Shown piece by piece: positions 26,513 to 32,000 of a stretch of DNA of 32,000 nt. Origin of the DNA: Acaryochloris marina MBIC11017 (GTDB taxonomy: Bacteria; Cyanobacteriota; Cyanobacteriia; Thermosynechococcales; Thermosynechococcaceae); contig NC_009925.1 of NCBI RefSeq assembly GCF_000018105.1, positions 3,900,001 through 3,932,000 on the forward strand, in the 5' to 3' direction. The translations under genes and the position numbers were made by a program. The first letter of the stretch is position 1, and every line of letters starts with the position of its first letter. The notes below the pieces were generated by a model. It did not search any database. It was not told the DNA's origin and saw only the letters and a program-made list of their open reading frames with translations.

Positions 26513-28450
26513 ATGGCTGGGTATTTATGGGGGGATCAGCAAATAAATCATCAGCCGTACCCAACACAAGGTGCGGCTGATAGAGAGGTTCAGCCTCTAG
26601 CTCATACGGGGGATTCCAGGTACATGCACGCATTTGGCTCACAAGTTATTCCAGTCAGTAATACCGAGATCTTGATGATTGAGGATGATATTCAAGATGT
26701 CGAAATCGTAACGCGATTATTGGGGAAAGAAAAACAAAGCTCCATCATGCTCAACCATTGTCCAACCTTGCATGCTGGTTTGGATACCCTGAGAGAACAG
26801 TCCAAAATTGATTTGGTGTTGCTGGATTTATCTCTATCTGATGCTCAAGGACTGGAAACATTTCGGAAAATCCATGAAGCTTTTCCAAATATCCCTTTGA
26901 TTATTCTAAGTGGTAATAGTGATGAGCGGATTGCCTTAGAGGCAATGCAACAAGGTGCCCAGGATTTTCTCGTCAAAGGACGATTTGACAGTACGGTTCT
27001 GACCCGCGCGATTCAATATGCAATGGAGCGCCAGCATCAGCGCCTGGAGCTTGAATATAAGAATCTGGCCTTAAAAGCGCTATCGGATCAGCTAGCTGTG
27101 GCTAACCTAGAGCTGGAAAGGTTGGCTGCCGTCGACAGTTTGACCCGTGTCTATAATCGGCGACGATTCGATGAGGTGTTTCTAACGGAGTGGAATCGCT
27201 TACTCCGCGAGGAAAAACCTTTGTCTTTAATTATGTGTGATGTTGACCATTTCAAAGCCTACAACGATACCTATGGCCATCAAGCTGGTGATTTGTGCCT
27301 GGAGAAAATTGCTCAAACGATTGCCAAAGTTGCTAAGCGTCCGGCAGACTGTGTTGCTCGGTATGGTGGAGAAGAGTTTGTCGTTGTGCTGCCCAATACG
27401 GATATCAGCGGGGCAACCCATGTAGCGGAAGCCATCCGTGGGGCGGTTCATAATCTTAACCTGCCCCATTCTACCTCGCCGATTAGTAACCGCATCACCC
27501 TTAGTTTGGGCGTTGCTTGTCAAGTGCCGGATGAGGCGATTGCCCCTTCTTTGTTGATTGAAGCTGCCGATCGAGCCATGTATACGGCGAAAGAAGGAGG
27601 GCGAGATCGCATGCAAGTGCACTATGCAGATTGCGCCGTTAATCTTCAGTCTCGACAAACCTTGCAGTGGGTGAGCCGATTACGGGATGCCCTTGAGCAT
27701 AATCAGTTTGAATTATATGCCCAGCCCATTCAAGCGTTGCAGGCGAATACCTCTGAACCTTGCTTTGAAATTCTGCTGCGTTTATGTGATCAGCCGGGTA
27801 TTGTGTGTTCCCCTGGTATGTTTTTTCCCGTGGCTGAGCAGTATGATTTTATGCCCCGTATTGATCGGTGGGTAATCAAGCATTTATTTGCAGACTTAGG
27901 CGAAATTAATTCCTTAATGTTGCAAGAAGCGATATTTTTCGTGAATTTATCCGGGGCAACATTCAAAAATATGGAAATTGCCTCTTTTATTGCAGAACAA
28001 CTGGCTCGGCATAATTTAAGACCCGAGCAGTTCTGCTTTGAAGTTTCTGAAACGGTTGCCCTGAAAAATATTGAAGCCGCTGCTCAACTCACCAAAGCCT
28101 TGAAAGATATGGGGTGTAAAGTCGCTTTAGATGATTTTGGCAGCGGCTTGTCATCGTTTACCCATTTGAAAAAGATTCCCGCTGACTTTGTCAAAATCGA
28201 TGGCTCTTTTATTCGAGGTGTGGTCGATGACGATATGTCTAAAGGCGTGGTGGAAGCCATTCATCATGTTTCGAAAATTATGGGTCTGCAGACCATTGCA
28301 GAGTATGTGGAATCGCGGGCCATTCTAGATCTGCTCAATGATTTTCATATTGACTTCGCCCAGGGCCATTACTTTGGACCGGCACGTCCCTTGGTAGATA
28401 CCCTCGCTACTTGGCAAACTACTGCTTATACTGAGCGCTTGTCTGCGTAA
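26513..28450 (+). CDS. Response regulator with REC-GGDEF-EAL architecture (c-di-GMP turnover)
   Basis: 645 aa. REC: ILMIEDD, LVLLDLSLSD, LVKG. GGDEF: RYGGEEF with the I-site RPAD five residues upstream. EAL domain: YAQPI, FEILLR (EIL variant), FVNLS, EVSET, ALDDFGSGLSS, VKIDGSF, AEYVES, QGHYFGPARP. The true start may be an internal Met, since the first 50 or so residues are non-domain. Confidence 0.92.
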   Translation: MAGYLWGDQQINHQPYPTQGAADREVQPLAHTGDSRYMHAFGSQVIPVSNTEILMIEDDIQDVEIVTRLLGKEKQSSIMLNHCPTLHAGLDTLREQSKIDLVLLDLSLSDAQGLETFRKIHEAFPNIPLIILSGNSDERIALEAMQQGAQDFLVKGRFDSTVLTRAIQYAMERQHQRLELEYKNLALKALSDQLAVANLELERLAAVDSLTRVYNRRRFDEVFLTEWNRLLREEKPLSLIMCDVDHFKAYNDTYGHQAGDLCLEKIAQTIAKVAKRPADCVARYGGEEFVVVLPNTDISGATHVAEAIRGAVHNLNLPHSTSPISNRITLSLGVACQVPDEAIAPSLLIEAADRAMYTAKEGGRDRMQVHYADCAVNLQSRQTLQWVSRLRDALEHNQFELYAQPIQALQANTSEPCFEILLRLCDQPGIVCSPGMFFPVAEQYDFMPRIDRWVIKHLFADLGEINSLMLQEAIFFVNLSGATFKNMEIASFIAEQLARHNLRPEQFCFEVSETVALKNIEAAAQLTKALKDMGCKVALDDFGSGLSSFTHLKKIPADFVKIDGSFIRGVVDDDMSKGVVEAIHHVSKIMGLQTIAEYVESRAILDLLNDFHIDFAQGHYFGPARPLVDTLATWQTTAYTERLSA

Positions 28451-28606
28451 CAAAAGGGGAGGGATCAAGGTGACTTCTAGATGTCTTTGCAATGTTCCTT
28501 AGGACTTTGTTGCATTCTGTAGCAGAAAGTAACGGCTATTGCATTGCTTTCCAGGTTTGAGCCTCATTAAGATGTTTGTAAACTTTCTAGGGAAAGTGAG
28601 TCTGCC

Positions 28607-29173
28607 ATGCATGTTGGCGAGGCATATCTGCAAACCTTATCCCTCAATAAAAACGCGACCTTTGATGAAGTTCGGGAAGCCTATCAGGATTTAGTGATGG
28701 TGTGGCATCCTGATCGATTTGTGCATAATCCTCGCCTATATAAAAAAGCAGAAGCCAAACTCAAAGAATTTAATCAAGCCTACGCCTACTTAAAAGCCCA
28801 TCAAGCTCGGCCTTGCCCAACGCCTCACAAACGAGCCAGGACTGCTCCCCCATCCCCCCCGACATCCAAAACCCTAAAAAAACGTCGGGGTATGGCTTGT
28901 CCTTGGTTGACTTATACTGATGCCACTTACATTCTGAATCACTACTCCTTTGAGGCGATAGCATCCAAAACGGTTGGGCACCGAACCTTCCAGAGTGGTC
29001 CTTTTGTTTTAGATACCTGCGAACAGCCTGCAGAGGTGCTTCTTTCCGTTCCCTGTGATTCTGTCCATGCCTTTGATCGGATTTTGCTGTCTATTCCCTG
29101 TAAATCTCAAGGTCACTTTTGGCAGGAAGAAGCGCAACAGCTGATGAATCTGCTACACACTCAAGGAAACTAG
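28607..29173 (+). CDS. J-domain (DnaJ-like) protein with an uncharacterised C-terminal region
   Basis: 188 aa. J-domain with the HPD tripeptide: ..FDEVREAYQDLVMVWHPDRF..KEFNQAYAYL.. It is followed by a Pro/basic linker and an unknown domain of about 90 aa. Confidence 0.8.
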   Translation: MHVGEAYLQTLSLNKNATFDEVREAYQDLVMVWHPDRFVHNPRLYKKAEAKLKEFNQAYAYLKAHQARPCPTPHKRARTAPPSPPTSKTLKKRRGMACPWLTYTDATYILNHYSFEAIASKTVGHRTFQSGPFVLDTCEQPAEVLLSVPCDSVHAFDRILLSIPCKSQGHFWQEEAQQLMNLLHTQGN

Positions 29174-30006
29174 CAGCTGAGGCTGGGGAATCCTCTGGCC
29201 TGCTCTAAACTAGCTAAGTCCCAGACTGCTCCTTCTAAGCAGGTTTGATAAAACTGAGCACGATGCAGTCGCGCTCCTCGTAAATTGGTCCGTCGTAAAT
29301 TAGCTCCGGCAAAATTTACCTTGCTCAAATTACACCAGGCCAGATCAGCCGCTTCGGCATTGATATCCGTAAAATTCGCCCGAACGAGATAGGCTTGGCT
29401 ACAGTGGGCAGCTCGCAGATTGGCGCGACTCAGATCGGCTCCGTATAAATACGCCCCAGTTAAGGTCGCATAGCTTAAATTTGCCTGACTGAGGTCTGCC
29501 TGAATCAGGTTGGCGGCTTCGAGTTCCGCAAAACTTAAATCTGCTCTGTGCAGTTGGGCGGCTTCTAGTTCTGCTCGCCGAATATCTGCATGTTTTAAGC
29601 TACACCCTACTAAGTTGGCTCGGCTGAGTTCAGCGTCTAACAACACCGCCTCGCCTAAATCTCCGCCAATTAAATTGGCATCTCTGAGATCAGCCCCATG
29701 CACCTGAGCATGGTGGAGATTAATGGCAACGCCTTGAATCCCTGTCAGCTGAGCTTCGATTAAGTTGGCACCACACAAAAAACTATTGCTTAAGTTGACG
29801 CCGATTAAGTTGGCTTTCCGTAAATTGGCAGCCGTCAGATCTGTATGGCTGAGGTCGAAGGCCTGTAAATCCATTTGCCCTAGGTTACAGCCTGCGAGAT
29901 TCGGAGATTTATGGCTATTATCCTGTCGCCACTGATTCCAAACTTCAGGGCCACGATATAAAAGGGCTAGGTGTTCCCCTGCCATGGCAGACTTGTACTT
30001 GCTCAT
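29170..30006 (-). CDS. Pentapeptide-repeat protein
   Basis: 278 aa, almost entirely A(D/N)LxX repeats (ANLRKANLIGVNLSNSFLCGANLIEAQL...). The start lies 5 nt after the ccmP stop. Its stop overlaps the convergent J-domain gene stop (CTAG, 29170-29173). Confidence 0.9.
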   Translation of the reverse strand: MSKYKSAMAGEHLALLYRGPEVWNQWRQDNSHKSPNLAGCNLGQMDLQAFDLSHTDLTAANLRKANLIGVNLSNSFLCGANLIEAQLTGIQGVAINLHHAQVHGADLRDANLIGGDLGEAVLLDAELSRANLVGCSLKHADIRRAELEAAQLHRADLSFAELEAANLIQADLSQANLSYATLTGAYLYGADLSRANLRAAHCSQAYLVRANFTDINAEAADLAWCNLSKVNFAGANLRRTNLRGARLHRAQFYQTCLEGAVWDLASLEQARGFPSLSC

Positions 30007-30011
30007 CTCAG

Positions 30012-30653
30012 CTATTCATTGCGCTTGCCGCCCAGAGGCTCTCGTCCAGGCACATGCTCAAGGGCATCTACCACAGCCGCCGCTGCAGTTTTGATATCTC
30101 GCTCAGCTCCCCCCAAGTATAATCGGCCAAAACTGCCCACAGAGGTGATTTGTAAAATATTGATCAACGCGGCTTTTTCGGCTTCGTTGGCTGCGAGGGA
30201 GGCATAGGCCGCGGGCTGAACCTCCATCACATAGAGGGCTTGACCCGCGAGCAACATATTGCCTCGGCTGTTGCGATTAATCAGCTGCGCGTGGTGTGGA
30301 TCAATATTGCGAATAATCTGACTAGAGACGACTTGGGGGCTTAATCGTTCATTTTGTTTGACCCCTAGCGCTTCTAACATGGCTCGGCCTGCCGTTTGGG
30401 TTTCAGCTTGGCTACTCGCATGCACTTCCAGAACCCCGTATAAGCGTTCCACCATCTGTACACCGGGGCGGACCACTGCCGCTTTCAGAGCGACGTCCAT
30501 GATCCGGTTAATCTCAATCCCAGGGGAAATCTCTAGCCATAGAGAGGTATCCCCTGGTAAAGGTAAAAAACCAACGGCCACCTTGCCCATATAGGCAGCA
30601 TGCTGTGGTTGGAGGCTATCTAAGTAAACATAGCTACGTAATTCAACACCCAA
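30012..30653 (-). CDS. ccmP: Carboxysome shell protein CcmP (tandem-BMC domain)
   Basis: From TTG at 30653 (AGGAG about 10 nt upstream) the product is [65 protein letters not shown]...[24 protein letters not shown]... By my recollection this is nearly colinear with Synechococcus elongatus CcmP ([23 protein letters not shown]...). The ORF-track start at 30719 adds 22 residues that are not part of CcmP. Confidence 0.85.
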   Translation of the reverse strand: MGVELRSYVYLDSLQPQHAAYMGKVAVGFLPLPGDTSLWLEISPGIEINRIMDVALKAAVVRPGVQMVERLYGVLEVHASSQAETQTAGRAMLEALGVKQNERLSPQVVSSQIIRNIDPHHAQLINRNSRGNMLLAGQALYVMEVQPAAYASLAANEAEKAALINILQITSVGSFGRLYLGGAERDIKTAAAAVVDALEHVPGREPLGGKRNE

Positions 30654-30811
30654 AATTAAAAGTCTCCTGTCGATGAAAAATAGGTCCCGACGGATCGCCA
30701 GGGGCGACCACATCTGCACAAGGTGTTAGAGATAGTCTCCATTGATGTATGAAACCACAGAACCGTCCTTTGAGTGGTTTTTTCCTCTGGGTAAAGCGGT
30801 TCCCAGTCGCT

Positions 30812-32000
30812 CTACTCAGGTTGCCCCATGGCCTGGGCCGCTAACCAGGCTGTCGTCCAGGCGTTTTGAAAGTTAAATCCACCGGTAATGCCATCAATGT
30901 CGATCACTTCGCCAGCAAAATAGAGTCCGGGACAGCAGCGACTTTCCATGGTTTTGAAGTTGATTTGTTTAAGGTCGACGCCGCCGCAGGTAACAAACTC
31001 GTCTTTGAAGACTCCTTTCCCTAAGACATGAAACTTACCTTGGGTTAGTTCTTGCAGCAGCGATCGCAAATGGGTTTTGGATAGATCTGCCCAGCGCTGT
31101 TGGGGAGAAATCCCTGCTGCAGCAATCAGTTTTTGCCAGAGGCGCTGGGGTAAGTCGACGGGGCAGTGGTTTGCGATCGCACGCTTGGCAACGGCAGTTC
31201 GGGTTTGCCCCAACTGCTGACGCAGGTCTTCATAGGAGGAATGGGGCACCCAATTGACCGTCAATTCTCCCTGATATCGATGTTGATGAAAGGCCCGTGC
31301 TCCCCAAGCCGAGAGTTTGAGGACTGCAGGACCACTCAGTCCCCAATGGGTGACCAAGAGCGGCCCCTGCTGATCAAACTTTTGATCATTCACCGTTAAC
31401 CGCAACTGCACTGGATCAACCGCGATACCGGCTAAGCCTTGCAATCTCGGATCTTTGATTTTGAAGGTAAATAGGGACGGTACTGGCGATACGAGGGTAT
31501 GGCCGAGCTGTTGGGCGAGGCGATAGCCGAGGGGATGACTGCCCGTGGCTAAAAGAATGCGATCGCACCTCAGCTTCTCCCCAGATTTACACCCAACTGT
31601 AAATTGCCCTTCATGCTTGATATGAGTAACGGACATCCCCGTCCGCACCTGAATCCCTAAGTTTTGAGCCGTTCGTTGCAGACAGGCAATAATGGTTTCC
31701 GAATCATTGGTTTTGGGAAACATGCGGCCATCGGCTTCCGTTTTTAAGGAAACTCCGTGGGCTCGGAACCACTGCACCGTATCCTGGGGCTGAAACCGAC
31801 TAAATGCACCTCGTAAGGCTTTAGACCCGCGCGGATAATTGCCCACTAGTTCAGAGGGTTCAAAACAAGCATGGGTAACATTGCAGCGCCCACCCCCGGA
31901 AATTCGCACTTTAGAGAGCAGTTGACCACTGGCTTCCAAAATCGTGATCCGAGTTTGGGAATAGGCTTCTGCACAGGCAATCGCCCCCCAGAAACCAGCC
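30812..32000 (-). CDS. HI0933/BaiN-family NAD(P)/FAD-dependent oxidoreductase; 5' end beyond the right edge
   Basis: The frame stays open upstream of the track's TTG start to the window end (..AGFWGAIACAEAYSQTRITILEASGQLL..). Family blocks: ISGGGRCNVTH, THWGLSGPAVL, FAGEVIDIDGITGGFNFQNAWTTAW. Confidence 0.85.
   Translation of the reverse strand, partial: AGFWGAIACAEAYSQTRITILEASGQLLSKVRISGGGRCNVTHACFEPSELVGNYPRGSKALRGAFSRFQPQDTVQWFRAHGVSLKTEADGRMFPKTNDSETIIACLQRTAQNLGIQVRTGMSVTHIKHEGQFTVGCKSGEKLRCDRILLATGSHPLGYRLAQQLGHTLVSPVPSLFTFKIKDPRLQGLAGIAVDPVQLRLTVNDQKFDQQGPLLVTHWGLSGPAVLKLSAWGARAFHQHRYQGELTVNWVPHSSYEDLRQQLGQTRTAVAKRAIANHCPVDLPQRLWQKLIAAAGISPQQRWADLSKTHLRSLLQELTQGKFHVLGKGVFKDEFVTCGGVDLKQINFKTMESRCCPGLYFAGEVIDIDGITGGFNFQNAWTTAWLAAQAMGQPE

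Overview
This is a cyanobacterial chromosomal segment, identified by psbK, the carboxysome gene ccmP and 11 exact HIP1 palindromes (GCGATCGC). The left third (1-9.9 kb) is mostly housekeeping: a PatA/PATAN-type regulator fragment, a UPF0718 permease with its TIGR03943 partner, tgt, psbK, ribD, a TrmH-family methyltransferase and an acyltransferase. The middle (about 9.8-20.6 kb) looks accessory and has no HIP1 copy. It holds an AT-rich acyltransferase-3 gene and a pile-up of three insertion sequences: an intact IS903-group element with a perfect 9-bp target duplication, a 5'-truncated IS3, and a frameshifted IS50-like IS4. These elements have destroyed a pentapeptide/pilin-like gene. Next comes a tightly packed minus-strand unit of an Lhr-core DExH helicase followed by two ankyrin-repeat proteins. 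That unit lies at the 3' end of a co-directional signalling array (CheY-like regulator, CHASE-PAS kinase, CBS-3xPAS kinase), which faces a divergent REC-GGDEF-EAL gene across an 0.8-kb AT-rich spacer. The right end carries a J-domain protein, a pentapeptide-repeat gene 5 nt downstream of ccmP, and a partial HI0933/BaiN flavoprotein. I saw no rRNA, tRNA or CRISPR array. The best candidate for an undescribed system is the helicase plus two-ankyrin module, possibly under two-component control. All functional calls come from motifs read by eye; no database search was possible.
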